Source: Bacteroidales bacterium
GTDB lineage: Bacteria; Bacteroidota; Bacteroidia; Bacteroidales; UBA1715
NCBI GenBank assembly: GCA_027858745.1
Contig: JAQICB010000102.1
Location: 14,892 to 78,891, forward strand
Direction: 5' to 3'
Length of the DNA: 64,000 nt
Positions 63,718-64,000 of this stretch are shown piece after piece. Position 1 is the stretch's first letter. Each line of letters begins with the position of its first letter. The notes under the pieces were generated by a model that had not been told where the DNA came from, made no database searches, and saw only the letters and a list, made by a program, of their open reading frames with translations. Made by a program: the position numbers and the translations under genes.

Positions 63718-64000
63718 ATGAAAGCACATACTATATTGACATCAATCTTAGTGGGGATCACCACAATAATGTCAGCTCAAGAAATTTCTTTTACATCAAA
63801 AACACATGATTTTGATACAATTTATTCGGAGAATGGAAAGGTGACACATTCGTTTACTTTTACAAATACCGGAAAGAAACCCTTAGTGTTAACGAGAGTG
63901 AAACCAGGATGCGGATGCACTACAACGGCGTATACAAAAGATTCTGTTGCACCGGGGCAGACGGGGTTTATTACCGCTCAGTTTAATCCGCGTGGGTACA
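63718..64000 (+). CDS. DUF1573-domain protein (N-terminal part; runs off the window)
   Basis: MKAHTILTSILVGITTIMSAQ signal peptide. ..HDFDTIYSENGKVTHSFTFTNTGKKPLVLTRVKPGCGCTT..APGQTGFI.. is the DUF1573 signature. Open to the window end. Confidence 0.8.
   Translation, partial: MKAHTILTSILVGITTIMSAQEISFTSKTHDFDTIYSENGKVTHSFTFTNTGKKPLVLTRVKPGCGCTTTAYTKDSVAPGQTGFITAQFNPRGY

Overview
AT-rich chromosomal segment of a Bacteroidota genome with type IX secretion (T9SS) and gliding genes. It holds about 53 tightly packed, mostly housekeeping CDS: tyrS, clpX, mdh, thrA, rnpA-yidD, a hemD-like gene, xerD, ispF, murF, htpG and trpB-trpA-hisH. A T9SS/gliding locus has porU-porV divergent from porP/sprF-like-gldJ-murF. 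Two predicted T9SS cargo proteins are present; one is a 1673-aa adhesin-like protein with 198-bp tandem repeats. I found no rRNA, tRNA, CRISPR array, transposase or recognisable defence gene. The unusual content is non-coding. (1) A structured motif of about 110 nt occurs three times, always in sense orientation and ending 26-29 nt before a start codon (thrA, hemD-like gene, epimerase), with compensatory base-pair changes between copies. (2) A hairpin-rich MITE-like repeat family with TAACCTGAGTT-type terminal inverted repeats has four copies or fragments, and their ends overlap or abut gene stop codons. (3) An orphan promoter plus intrinsic terminator pair is a small-RNA candidate. Many genes are preceded by exact matches to the Bacteroidetes -7 promoter box TAnnTTTG, which helped choose start codons. 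Coordinates of small motifs were counted by hand and may be off by 1-2 nt.
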